From Narcine bancroftii (Eukaryota): a DNA stretch of 64,000 nt. The translations under genes were made by a program, and so were the position numbers. The stretch is taken from NCBI RefSeq assembly GCF_036971445.1, contig NC_091471.1, positions 109,864,001 to 109,928,000 on the forward strand. Reading direction: 5' to 3'. Position 1 is the stretch's first letter. Each line of letters opens with the position of its first letter. This document shows, piece after piece, positions 33,249 through 46,880 of this stretch. Under the pieces are notes generated by a model. It was not told the DNA's origin, ran no database searches, and saw nothing but the letters and a program-made list of their open reading frames with translations.

Positions 33249-36200
33249 TGGTGTAGGGTGCAGACGTGGAGTTTCATCTCTTCCCAGTTGGAGTGGGCCC
33301 CAACAAAAGGGTCAGGCCTCCCCAAGTGGCCCAAATGAGTTGGACGTGTGGGGGAAGGTATGCTGACCCGGGGTTGGGAGGCCCAGGCAGTGGTGGTGGT
33401 GGCGGCAATGACATCTACGTATACTACCCGACATAATTCATTTTCTAGAATAGATTTCTTTTTAGTGTCGGCTCATCTACAGAGAAGAATAGATCTGGCA
33501 GAATACCTTGATGAAGACTTCAACTTAATACTGAAGGCTGCTAGATTCATTAAAGGTAGGCCTCAAATGCTTCAGAAAGTTTCTAAAATCTCTAGAAGTA
33601 AGTCTCCAATGTTACAGACTTTTAAAACAGTGCAGGTGGAAGAAGACACTACAATTTCTGTTTCAGAAGATTTTATGTGAAGAATGGATAATATGGCTCT
33701 TCAGGTTTCTCAAGGTTTTCAAGAAAATAAGTTCCAATTTGCAGAATTAAAAGGTGAAGTGGCATCGATTAAGCAAGATGTGGTTAAATGTTTAAGAGAA
33801 GTGAATGTGGTTCAGGTGGAATTTAAGGATATCAAACGAGTGTTTCATGACTGTACTGATACTGTTGATCAATATGTGGAGTGGATAGACTATTTGGAAC
33901 ATTGTTTAACAGATTGGAAGGTGCAGAAGTGCAAGTTTATGCAGAAGATTGATTCATTTGAAAATCAGTGTAGACGTAATAATGTTAAAATCGTAGGTTT
34001 GCCAGAGGATATTGAAGGTTCAGATCCGGTGAAGTTTTTTCAGAGATGGATACCTGAAATGTTAGGAGAGGATGCCTTTCCTGAGGGGTTGGAATTGGAT
34101 AGAGCACATAGAGCATTGCGAAGAAAACTCTTTCTTGATCAACCTCCACGGTTCTTGTTTGTTGTTTAAGATTTCAAGAACGTGAATTAATTTTGCGACT
34201 GGCAATTCAGAAAGCCTGGCAGAATCAAGGTCCTATGTTGGTTCAGGGACACAGTTTTTTTAAATCCAGATTTAAATCAAGATGTGATGTGCCGTTGGAA
34301 AGAATTTAATCCGGCGAAAGCAGTGCTGTGGAAAAAGGATTATCAGTTTGCTTTTAGATACTCTGCTGTATTGAAGGTTTTTTTTATGGGATTCACAAGT
34401 TGAATTCTTTGATGATGAAACTGATGCTTTGTCGTTTGCCAATTCTTTGCCTAATAAACCTCAAGAGTTCTGAATTACAGAAATCCAAGCCTAATGGATT
34501 TCCGAAGCATAATGATGCTGTGAATCGGAAAATTGAGGATGATCCATCTGCTGCTGTTGTTAATGTTCAGAAAGCAGTTGGTGGAGTTGTGGGGGTGGTG
34601 GATTGAATTAGATTGATATTTAAACAAAATTTTGAGATGTATGAAATTCAACGGGGGGGGGGGAGGGGAGTGGATGGCACCATAACTTCCGAAGTCATCT
34701 GCCACTAGTGGTTTTTACCAAACCCAGTTTATAGAGGGGGGAGTATTACTTTGTTTTTTTCTTTTCTTTTTTTTTAAATTTTTTCTCTTCGAGGGAAGGG
34801 AGGGTTTTTTTTAAAGAGGGATTTAAAGGGAGAGGGGGGTTGTTTTTTTAATTTAAAAAAAATTATATATTTTTTTAACCAGAGCCTAAGTTTGTTGGTA
34901 GGTTGGTTGTTAAAAGTTTTTTTTAAGATAAAATGAGTAAATTGAATTGTGCGACTTTTAATGTTAAAGGGATGAATCATCCAATAAAGAGGAAGCAAAT
35001 TTTGGATTATATCAAGAAGATGAAAGTGGATATTGCCTTCTTGCAAGAGATGTATTTGACCAAAAAAGAACATTTGAAATTGAAGAGGGATTTGGTCGGA
35101 CATGTATTGGCATCATCTTTTAATTCAAAAGCGAGAGGAGTGGTGAATTTAATACATAAGAGAATACCTTTTATGTTGGACTCTGTTTTTGAAAGTGCTG
35201 GAAGAGCTTTGAAGGTGGATTATAAATTTTTTTCTGAAACATGGACTTTATTGTATTTATACGCTCCGAATGAGGATGACGTACAATTTGTAACTGATGC
35301 ATTTTTGAATTTGAGTCAGTCAAATGACAATATAATGGTAGGTGGGGATTTTAACTTCTGCCTGGATCCATTATTGGATAAATCTCCAAAAATTGTCAAG
35401 AAAACACAAATGGCTAAAAGATTGGGAGAAGTAATGGGAGACTTGAATTTGGTGGACATTTGGTGACGTATTCATCCGAATGAGAAAGATTACTCATATT
35501 ATTCTGCCCGACATAATTCATTTTCTAAAATAGATATTTTAGTGTCGGCTCATCTACAGGGAAGAGTAGATCTGGCAGAATATAAAAGTAGAATATTGTC
35601 GGACCATTCATTATTGTTGATATCCCGTGAGATTGCTGTAAAGGCTGAGAGAAATTACCATTGGAGGTTAAATAAAATGTTACTTAGATGACCTGAATTT
35701 GTTATGTTTTTAAAGGACCAGATAAAACTTTTTTTTGAAAATAAATGAGGGATCAGTGCAGAGTAAATTTACATTGTGAGAAGCTTTGAAAGTGTATTTG
35801 AGAGGTCAGGTTATTAGTTATATGGCTAAAGTGAAAAAGAAATATAATAAGGAACTTCTTGAGTTAGAGAAAGAGATTGAAGAGTTAGAGAAAAAAATTT
35901 CAACAGAGTGCAATGAAAGATAATAAGATACAGTTAGCTAATCTAAAACTTTGTTATAATATGAAATGAACTTATAATTATGAAAAATTGATTTTGAGAT
36001 CAAAGCAGTGGTATTATGAGTTAGGGGAAAGAGCACATAAAGTACTAGTGTGGCAGTTGAAAATGGAACAAACTTCCAGAATAATTTATGCAGTACGTGG
36101 AAATTCAGGTATTACTTATGAACCACAGGAGATAAATGAGGAGTTTCGTACTTTCTATCAGGAATTATATATACTTATTTGTCTAGTTTGAATTTGGCTG

Positions 36201-38853
36201 TGTTTGAAGAGCAAGATGTAAGATTGTTAGATAATTCATTCACAGAGTTTGAATTGAAAGAGGCATTGCAAGCAATGCGTATGAGTAAATCAACTGGTGA
36301 AGATGGATTTATGATGGAATTTTATAAGGAATTTCATGATTCGTTGTTTCCAGTATACATGGATGTTTTGAGGCAGGCCACAGATACTGGACTATTTCTT
36401 GAATCATTCTCGAGAGCATTGATAATGGTTATACCAAAGAAAGATAGAGATCTATTTAAAATTGGTTCTTATAGGCCTATATCTTTACTTAATGTAGATT
36501 ATAAGATTGTAGCAAAGGTTTTGGCTAACAGATTAGCTAATTGTTTACCAAAATTAGTACGTGGAAACCAAACAGGGTTTATTAAAAATAGATATTCAGT
36601 TGATAATATTACTAAATTAATTACAATAATTAATGCATCCAGATGGCAAATTAGCACTGGATGCTGAGAAAGCTTTTGATCATGAAGAGTGGAAATTTTT
36701 ATCTAAAGTGTAACAACGATATAAGTTTGGGCAATTTTTTATAGGTTGGATTAAGGCATTATATAAGAATCATTCTGCACAGGCGGTGACAAATGGTCAG
36801 ATTTCTCAAGCATTTAATTTGTGTAGATCAACTAGACAGGGTTGTCCATTGTCACCAGCCTTGTAATTAGTAATAGAACCTTTAGCTCAAGCGATTAGAC
36901 AGAATATGACAATTCAAGGCATTACAATTGGACAACATGAGTATAAAATTAACTTAATTGCAGATGATGTCTTGATATATTTATCTAAACTGAAGAGTTC
37001 ATTACGACCTTTACAAGAATGATTGGAATATTATGGGTCAATGTTAGGATATAATGTAAATTGGGAGAAAATTGAGATATTTCCAATATCCGAAGAAGAT
37101 TATTCAGGCAAATTACTAATTTTAAATGGTCTGAGAAGATTAAGTATTTAAGGGTACTTATTGATAAGGAATTTAATAATTTGTATAGTTTAAATTATTT
37201 ATCTTTATTAAATAGGATTAAATTTGATTTGAATCGATGGAAAGATTTACCATTGACGTTAACTGGCTGAATAAACTGTGTTAAAATGAATATCTACCCA
37301 TGTATTCAGTATTTGTTTCAATCAATTCCATGTTTGGTACTGGGGAATTTTTTTAAAGAATTGAATAAGGCAGTACATTTTTTTTTATGGAAAGGTAAAT
37401 TATCAAGAGTCTCGATGCAAAAGTTGACATGGTCATATGACTTGGGAGGTCTTCAATTACCACATTTTCAAAATTATTATCATGCAGCACAATTGAAGTT
37501 TATTAGTAGATTCCTTGATATTGACCAACCACCCATGTAGGCATACGTGGAGATGGATCAGATACATGAAAAGTCATTAAATAATTTTATATATAAGTGG
37601 AATTTATTGCTTTTGCAAACATATAAAGTACCAGTCTTAATTCATTTATTTAAAATATGGAACAAGTGGAATCAGTCTATAGGTTCGAAAGAAATATGTT
37701 CAATTAAAACTCCGCTATATCAAAATCAATTGATTCCCTTCTCAATGCACAACCCTTATTAGAAGGAGTAGGACTTAAAAGGTTTGGTATTAATTGAAGA
37801 TTGTTTTGAGGCAGGTTTATTTCTTTCATTTGACACACTTAGGGAGAAATTTGGAATATTACGAAACATGTTATTTGCTTATTATTAAATACAGGATTTA
37901 AAAAATTAATAAGTTTGGTCGAAACTTGATATTACCAAGGCAATCGAAGTTTGAAATTTTGCTTATGGACAAGGAAAAGAAAGGGTTTGTTTCAGAGATG
38001 TATTTGTTATTACAATCAAAAATGAAGAAGTCTGGAATGTTGAGAGTAAGAGATAAATGGGAACAGGAGTTAGCTATGGTTATCCCTGATGAAGTATGGT
38101 CTGATTTATGCCTACATAGTGTAACAAAATTAGTTAACGTATGTTATAGTTTAGTTAATTATAACTTTTTACATCAGTTATATTTAACTCCTGAAAAGTT
38201 AAAGAGGTATGGTTTTAGGGAATATGATTTGTTTTAGATGTGGAGATCAGGTAGGTACGTCTATACATTCTGTGTGGGAATGGTCAAAAGTTAAACCTTT
38301 TTGGGAAAAGTTTATTAAATTTTTGCCAGATTTATTTCAAATAGATTTGTTTGTGGATCCATAGTTGTGCCTATTTGGATCTAAGAATCCATTAACAACA
38401 AGTTTAGATAAATTTTGGGTTGTGCTTATTCGTTTAAGTTTGGCAGTAGCTAGGAAATGTATAGCGGTAACTTGGAAAAATGATGTAGACCTAAGTATAG
38501 GTAGCCTAATGAAATTCAATCATGTTTGTATTTGGAGAAAATTACATATAATTTGAGGAATAATTATTCTTTTTTTGAAAATATGTGGACTTTATATTTG
38601 AAAGGTATGAAGCTAAATGTTAAGTAATTGTTATTTTTATTTGCATTATAATTCAACCCATTTCGTATTTTGTAATAACCTTCTTTCTTTATGTTAAACT
38701 CCGGGGGGAGGGAGGGATAATAAGGGGTGGGGGGGGATAGTGGGTGGAAATCTGGGGGGGGGGGTAAGGGGAATAAGGGTTTTTTTTCCATTTATGTTTT
38801 GTTATATTTCTTTTGTATTCCTTTGTAAAATTCAAAATAAAATTAAAAAAAAA
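33249..38853 (+). mobile_element. Near full-length decayed L1-clade LINE: ORF1 (~33500-34600), ORF2 EN-RT (34933-~38620), G-rich 3' UTR, poly(A)
   Basis: ORF1 ENQCRRNNVKIVGLPE..LDRAHRAL; EN ATFNVKG..AFLQE..YAPN..GGDFN; RT SYRPISLLNVDYKI, RQGCPLSP, ADD; 14-bp TSD AGAAATGGCCAAAG at 33235-33248 and 38854-38867. Confidence 0.92.
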
Positions 38854-39459
38854 AGAAATGGCCAAAGAGTTTGAACGCATGTTATATGGTTTGATAAACT
38901 GGACCTTTACACACAAAAATGGGGCAAATATCTAGGAATTTTTTGTGTTATTCGAGATCTAAATAGACCCATAAGGTTATTGTATTGATATTTTTTGCTG
39001 CCATGTTTTTATTTTATAGATAAGTTTATGTTTTGTAACTTATGATTTACACTGACTCAAGGGTTTTTGGAAACATTTTTAAAGAACTCAATAAAATTTA
39101 AAGCACAAAAAAAGTAGTGCAGGCAGACTCATCCTAACCCTCACCACTAACAAAACTCGTGCCCGATGGTGCACAAGACAATTCATAGCAATGGCTGAAA
39201 TTAAGGTAATTAAATAGTATGAACGTGCTCCTTTGCCTGCACATGGTTGATCGGGTGAGGGTTAATGATGCATTGAAATCCCAGCACCATTTACCAGCAC
39301 TATCCGATATTTTCCAAGTTTCCATTTTAAATGTTGATTCAAAATCTAAAATACAAAACAGGGAGTGATTGAAGACATAAAACTGAAGGTTTTAAATGAG
39401 CATGTAAGAGTTCTAAACATAGAACTTTGAGAAATTAAACATTACATGACAGTACTTTT

Positions 39460-42400
39460 AATTGTTTTATTTATAAACAACGTACATTTACTATAAAAGC
39501 CAATTGCATTAATTGAACACAGTAATTTTTTCATTCAAGAGGCAAAAAGCTATACATATAGCTCAATACTGTAGTGTATGTCTGACAATTTTGTTTATTT
39601 GAACAACAGCCCCAGTTACAATTTGTCACTTAAATATACATCTGTCCAAGTCCATATAGTATTTTTTCCAGCACATTCTGGGGGAAATGCAGTACAACCA
39701 CATACTCTAAGAAATATGTGCTCTCAGTTAAGTGTTAATAGATTTTGGCAGAGCTTCATGGGATACTTCATTAAGGAAACCACACTGAATTATGTAACCA
39801 TAAATAATCAAGTATCAGTGGAAAAAGAACAATCACAGCAATAATTATAAATCTTTATTGATTACTATTCAAATATAGAATTCTCACTCATTGGACTATG
39901 ATTAACTAGGGTGTTCATCTCTGTTAATAATGATAAATGTAACCAGACAGCATAGCAACAGGTCCTTCCGGTCCATGGGCTTGTGCCCCCCAAATACCCC
40001 AATTAACCTACAATCTCCGTCCAGAAACTGGAGTACCCAGAGGAAACCCACACAGACATAGGGAGAATGTACAAACTCCTTACAGACAGTGCTGGATTCA
40101 AACCTGGTTCACTGGTAGTGTAATGGCCTGCTCTAACCATGCCACCATCTGAACACTATCTTGACATATTAGGTAAGGAATTACTACCAGTTGTGAATGA
40201 CACAGTGAGAGGGAAGTTTGTGTTAAATGTCCAATTTGGTAATATGTGTATGTTAAACTCTAAAATTTGATTTCATTAAAGTCAATAAAAGGTTTTTAGA
40301 AGGACTTCAATCTACAACAGTCACTACATCACATGGTTAGGATACATAACACAGGATTAATTTCAATTCCAATGTGCTTTATTACATTTCACAACTTAGT
40401 TTGAATGAGCTAATAATGCTTTTAAAATAGTGGAATGTGATACAAATTCATCACTCTTCTAATACTGGTGACCATATTTTCCAGCCATAATTTGTCCAAA
40501 ATACTAGCATTAAGATGCTTTTGATTGTTGTTTTATTGTGAATTACATAAATCTTAAACAATTCTCTACACATGTCAATGAGTTGCAGTGCTACCTCTTT
40601 TATAAGAGTAGTAACTTTGCATTTAATTTCAAATCAAAGTACTTAATATTAAACAGACAATTGTAAAAGGGGCTATTGGAACAGGTACAGAATGTGGTAT
40701 AATACATATTCAAATATTTGTTCTACAGGTCATTTCATAAGAGTGAAAATGTACATGTTAAAAGTTGGGTTTAAAAACCTTCTGAATGCTAAAAGTATTT
40801 TACACAATGGATGGCCTGATCCCAGGGAAACATCAGCATTTGCTGAAATCATGGAGAAGGTTGGAATCTTTGGGGTACTGTCACATCTGATGAACCAGTA
40901 GGCCTCAGCATCATGTTGGACGCCCCCTCTTCTCAGAATCAGTTGGACTCAACTCATTTAAAAGTGACAGAAATGTTTATTGAGCCAGATACCCACACAC
41001 ATTTCTACTTTCACCTTCATTGATCGTCCATATGCAATAGCTTGCACATTTACTTAAGGCACTGTTTTAATGTGAATGAAACAAGTTTTGTAGTTCAACA
41101 GACCATTCAAACAATGGATGCAAATAAAAATAAAACACACAAAATTATCATATAACGCATCGTCACCAACATGCAAAACATGGTCTTAAACTATTTCAAT
41201 AAATAATGTCAACCTTGCAAGGAAGATCATTGCTGCCTGCTGAACCAAAGACACTTGTTAAGCTGTGTTCTTTTAACAAAGTTGCTAACTGACAATGGGC
41301 TACACCTTACTATTTATTCTCCTGGAAGGAGAGCCAAGAACTTGGTAAACAGGGTAGGCATTGTATTGCTGTTGTTCAAGGCAGACACATGTCATTGGCT
41401 AATTAGGTGCTTTCAGTTCTTGGTTGATTCACCTTGCAAGCATTTGCCTCAGATACAATTGGTCTGCTAAGCAAGAAATTATGACATGCATCAAGTTAGC
41501 TGTAATTGTTCGATTGACCAGCTTCTTTGGCCTACAAATCAACCAAAGTGGCATTTTTAAAAAAACCTGTGGGAAATTTAATGATATTTCAGTTAAAAAA
41601 AAACAAATTCTCCCATGAATGGGTTTACAGTATTTTGTTAATTCTTCATTAAATTGCAGATTGTTCCAACAGTGGCTTGTGATAGATTTATAAATAATTT
41701 AAACAATTTGAATTCAATCCCTGTTTAGGAAGATTGATTAAAAAAATTCATAGTTTCAATATTTTGTTAGGTAGAATGCTTCAAAGTAAAGGTGCAATAC
41801 AGTAATAACCAAAATTATTGTATTTACTTTTTTGTTAGTTTAACAGGATGCTAACACCTTTCTACTGAAAAGGAACAACTCCATTTTTAAGTGTGTAGGT
41901 TCGAACTTAACACTGCTTGATTTCAGCCTAGTTTCCAAATTGATGTCCCCACCTTATTAGTTTTTAAAATGGCTGTACAAACTGAATTCATAACTCAGAT
42001 GGCAATCCACTGTATTTGAGCATGTTCAGATTTATTGCATTATATGTACTCATCAGAACACTTGAAATTTTGATACTTGATACCTATTTACAGTGAAAAA
42101 TGCACAAAATAATTAAAATGCTGGGTTAACAGGAAATCATGAACTGCTTCCATATTTTATTGGAAAATCCCCACTCAAGGCATGGGAGTGATGATTTTTT
42201 AAAAAATATATTATTGATTTACATTTGAATTGCAGTCTGGCAGTTGTTCACCAAATGATCATAGACTTATGGAATCCATCAATCTAAATCTAAATAGATC
42301 AATTAGTTGAAGAATAGGTGAAAGAAAGCCAGCATTGACAATCTAAGGGATCTGATGCTTGATACCAAGTACTAGCAGTACATATTTGAAGAAGGCTTCA

Positions 42401-43168
42401 AATACAAACTATATTTTTGCTAAAAAACAAATTTGAATACAATAAATCTTAGTCATCTGAGACAAGCACAGCAGCTTTCAATTCTGTTTTTTAAATTTAG
42501 CAATAAAATATTGTGCAGCTGTAAGTTACGATGAGCTAGGATGAAAGAAAAGCATGGTTATTGCTCTTTATCAATTTTTGTGCATGCTAGGCCTTCATGA
42601 TATTCTTACATTATGAAGAAATGACCCTGAAGGACACAGCAATCTAAAATATCAATGTAATTATAAACCTCTCATTTGGAATAAACGCTACATTCCCTAA
42701 ATATGACATCGATGGCCCAAATTTGTTCCAAGAAAAGGAAGACAAAGTTATTAACCACTACACAGGACAAATAGAGTTTTATTCACTTATTCCTCTGCAT
42801 CTTTATGTTTAACATTTTCATAACTGGAAGAGGCTATAAAATAAATTATATATCACACAATATTAATTAAAACATGTTGAATTCAGTTAAAAGCTTTTCT
42901 ACAACAGCAAATATATGTCAAATTATGCTCCTATTGTGGCTATATGAACAAAAGAACAGCAGTTTCACTGAACATGAAAATGACACAAAGTGTTGGTTGC
43001 CAAAGTAACAAGGCAGGTAAAAGTTGTGGGAAATGAGGGTTCTCTGAGTGAGGAAGCCATCAAGGAGAGTGAAATCGGCGATTGTGTGCAAACTGTGAAC
43101 ATCCCATTGAGCTTCAGGGCCATTTGTATTCTGTTGGGCTTTCGGTTACTGATTGGCATGCAGCATGG
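39460..43168 (-). other. LIMCH1: Putative LIMCH1 3' UTR (true end uncertain)
   Basis: AT-rich, almost transposon-free stretch after the stop, with several minus-strand AATAAA (near 42780, 40980, 40535, 40380, 39855, 39468). Confidence 0.45.
39940..40147 (-). mobile_element. tRNA-derived SINE, same family as 860-1096
   Basis: gtacaaactccttacagacag core, ggattcaaacc B-box on -. Confidence 0.75.
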
Positions 43169-43194
43169 TCATAAAGTTGTGGGTTGTCCAGCAG
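43169..43194 (-). CDS. LIMCH1: LIMCH1 terminal coding exon part (TAGQPTTL*), stop TGA at 43171-43169
   Basis: tttgttttgtttAG acceptor; phase 1 join gives ACT GCT GGA CAA CCC ACA ACT TTA TGA, the LIMCH1 C-terminus AGQPTTL. Confidence 0.92.
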
Positions 43195-44386
43195 CTAAAC
43201 AAAACAAAGCATCTGATTAGAAAGTACACACATAGGTAGTTTGTTGGTAGAAAAATATTGGTGCATCGTTGAGTGTTAAACACTTCTAATATTACTTATG
43301 AAATATCTATGATAATTATTCAAGATGCATTATCGAGCTCTTCTCATAAAAGATAGAACATTACAGTACAGAAAACAGGCCCTTTTTCCCTTCTAGTCTG
43401 TGTCAAAATATTATTTTGCCTAGTTCCACTGACCTGCACCCATACCACAGCCCTCTATACCCCTTCCCCATTGTCCATGTACCTGTTCAAATTTTTCTTG
43501 TATGTTAAAATTGAGCCTGCATTCACCACTTCAGATGGCAGGTTATTCCACAGTCCTACCACAGTGAGAAGTTCCTCCAAATGTTCTCCCTAAACTTTTC
43601 CCCTTTTACCCTTAGTCCACGTCCTCTCCTTTACATCTCACCTATTTATACCCCTCAAAATTTTGTATACCTCTATCAAATCTCCCCTCATTCTTCGACG
43701 CTCCATTGAATTAAGTCCTAACCTGTTTAACCTTTCCCTATAATTCAATTCCTGAAGTCCAGGCAACATCCATGTACATCTTTTCTTCACTCTTTCCATC
43801 TTATTGATATCTTTCCTGTAGTTAGGTGACCAAAAATATACACAATATTCCAAATTTGGCCTCAACAACATCTTTTACAACTTTAACATAACATCTCAAC
43901 TCCTATATTCAATACTTTGATTTATGAAGGCCTATATGCCAAAAGCTCTCTTTACAACTCCATCCTCTTATGATGCCACTTTCAGGGAATTATGTATCTG
44001 TATTCCCAGATCCCTCTGTTCTACCACCCTCCTCAGTGCCCTACGATTTACCATGTATGTTTTTTCTTGGTTTGTCCTTCCAAAATGCAACAGCTCACAC
44101 TTGTCTGCATTAAATTCCATCTGTCATTTTACAGCCTATTTTTCCAGCTGGACCAGATCCCTTTAGTAGCTTTGAAGGCCTTCCCCATTGTCCACAATGT
44201 CTCCAATCTTTGTGTCACCTGCAAACTTGCTGATCCAATTTACCTTATTATCATCCAGATCATTGATATAGATGACAAACAACAATGGTCCCAGCACCAA
44301 TCCCTGAGGAACATCACTAATCACAGGCCTCCAATCTGAGAAGCAATCATCTACTCCCATTTCCTGGCTTCTTCCGTGTAACCAAT

Positions 44387-45786
44387 AGGCTTTTTCAGGT
44401 GCATTCTTGGCTAAGAATGCGCCTGAAGAGCACAGAAGCGTCCCTTTAAATTGCAGTTCAGGTAGCAGTGTTGAAAGCGCAGTGCTGGCCACTTGAAAGG
44501 ACAGCTGCGGCAGGATGTGCATCTGAGTGCATTTCGGCTCCTGTCCCTTGGGCTGTCAATTCAGGATGGCTGGCTGTCAGTTGGAACAGCCAGCGCGGGC
44601 TATCAGCGCGTGGACGTCCCATGCAGGATGTTCCCACACTGTGGGGCGGCTGGCGTGGGCTGTCCCCACACTGTCAGGCAGCCGGCGCAGGTTGTCCCCA
44701 CACTGTCAGTTGGCCGGGGTGGGCTGTCAGTGCAGGGACAACCCGCGCGGGATGTCCCCACACTGATCCCGCTACCCTACTCTCTCCCCCCTCATGAATC
44801 CAGTCCACACATTGTGGGGTGGCCAGCGCGGGGGTACGGGGGCTTGAGTGGCTGGCGGGGGAGGAGGCTGGAGCACCGGTGGGGGAGAAGGAGGCTGGAG
44901 CGGCCGGTGAGTGAGTATGGGGGCTGGAGCTGCTGGTGGGGGAGGAGGCTGGAGCACTGGTGGGGGAGAAGGAGGCTGGAGCGGCCAATGGGTGAGTACG
45001 GAAGCTGGAATGGCCGGCGGGGGAGGAGGCTGAAGCATCAGTGGGTGAGTACAGAGGCTGGAGTGGCCAGCGGGGGAGGAGGCTGAAGTGGCTGGCGGGT
45101 GAGTATGGGGGCTGGAGCAGCCGGGAGGGGAGGAGGCTGGGGCACCGGCGGGGGAGGAGGCTGGGGCACCGGCGGGGGAGGAGGAGGCTGGAGTGGCCAG
45201 CGGGTGAGTACAGGGACTGGAGCAGCCGGCGGGGGAGGAGGCTGGAGCACCGGCAGGGGAGGAGGCTGGAGCACCGGTGGGTGAGTATGGTGGCTGGAGC
45301 AGCCGTTGGGGGAGAAGGAGGCGCTCGAGTCGAGTACCGGCATTGTTTTGGCCAACCCCCTTCTCCCCTACCGGACGCTCTATTCCCCTTCTTCCCACTC
45401 CCGAAATCAGTAACGACAGTGTGGGGACAGCCCGCGCTGGCTGCCCGACAGTGTGGGGACTGATTTCATGAGTGGGGAGAGAGCTGGGCAGCGGGATCAG
45501 TATGGGAATGTCCCCGCGCTGACAGCCCACGCTGGCTGCCCGACAGTGTGGGGACTGGGAGAGGAGCTGTCAGGCACTGGGCAGTTGATTGTCATCTGAA
45601 TGTAGCTGCTTTTAGGTGGCTGCATTCAGATGGCTGGGGAGGCAACTGTGCCGTGAGGATTATCCCTTTCAGAGGAGGGTTACCAAACTCGCCTGGCAGG
45701 CGCCTCCTGCACATTCCCGTGGCCTTCCCTTCCTTGCCAAAATATGTGGCTTAACAAGTAGGTCAATTGGCCACCTGAAAGAGCCT
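44387..45786. mobile_element. Non-autonomous DNA transposon, PIF/Harbinger-like, 1400 bp, with GC-rich internal tandem repeats
   Basis: TIRs AGGCTTTTTCAGGTG and CACCTGAAAGAGCCT, 3-bp TSD AAT, cleanly interrupts the CR1; subterminal ccccacactgtc and gacagtgtgggg inverted motifs. Superfamily assignment is inference. Confidence 0.8.
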
Positions 45787-46641
45787 AATATTGAGTCCTG
45801 TTTACTATCTCACCATGAACACCGTGTCTGAACTTTCCTGACTAACTTCAAAGACCTTACTAAAGTTTATGTAGACAACATCCACAGTCTTTACTTCATC
45901 AATTTTCCTGGTAACCTCCTCTAAAGATTGGTTAAACATGACCTGCCATGCACAAAGCTATGTTGATTATCTTTAATTAATCCCATGCTATCCAAATACT
46001 TGTACATCTGAACACTAAGGTCACCTTCCAATAATTTACCTACTACTAATGTCAGGCTCACCATTCTGTAATTTCCTGGGTTACTTTTGGAGCCTCTTTA
46101 AAACAATAGAACAACATAAGCTACCCTCCAATCCTCCGGCACCTCACCTGTGGCTAAGGACATTTTAAATATTTCTGCCAGGGCCCAGCAATTTCTACAC
46201 TAGCCTCCCTCATGGTCTGAGGTAATATCTTGTTAGGCCCTGGGGATTTATCCACCCTTATTTGCTTTAAGACAGCAAGCACTCATAGTTATCATGACCA
46301 CACTGTTTTCCTTACTTCCTTAGTCTCTGTGCCAGATTTTTGAAGCCAAAAACCATTTTAAGACCTCTCCAATCTCTTCTGGCTGCATACATAGCTGATC
46401 AATCTGATCTTCCATGGGATCAATGTTGTCCCTTACTATCCTTTTTCTCTTAATATACCTGTAGTAACCTGTAGAAACCCTCACATTGTCTGCCAAAGCA
46501 ACCTTGTTTTATTTTAGCCTTCCTGATTTCCCTAATTTTTTCTTGCATTTTTTATACTCCTCAAGTGCCTCATTTGCTCCTTGTTGCCTACACCTTGATA
46601 CAACTCTAGATTTTTTTCATTTAAATTTATTTACTTTTAAA

Positions 46642-46880
46642 ATTAAATTAAATTTAGACATACAACACAGCAAAAGGCCATTTTGGCCTATGAGTCCATG
46701 CCATCCAATAACTGCCAATTAACCTACAAACCCATGTACATTTTGAATGGTTGGAGGAAACCCTCGCACACATGGGGAGAACGTACAAACTCATTGCAGA
46801 CAGTGCAAGATTTGAACCCTGGTCCCGATTGCTAGCACTGTATTAGCATTGTGCTAACCACAACGCTCACCATGCCGCCC
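46642..46880 (-). mobile_element. tRNA-derived SINE inserted in CR1
   Basis: aaatttagacatacaacac tail, acgtacaaactc core, tttgaaccc B-box on -. Confidence 0.8.

Noticed and set aside
44468-45530. Pro/Gly/Arg-rich ORFs as a host protein
   Set aside because: They are translations of GC-rich tandem repeats inside a TIR/TSD-bounded transposon and are open in several frames
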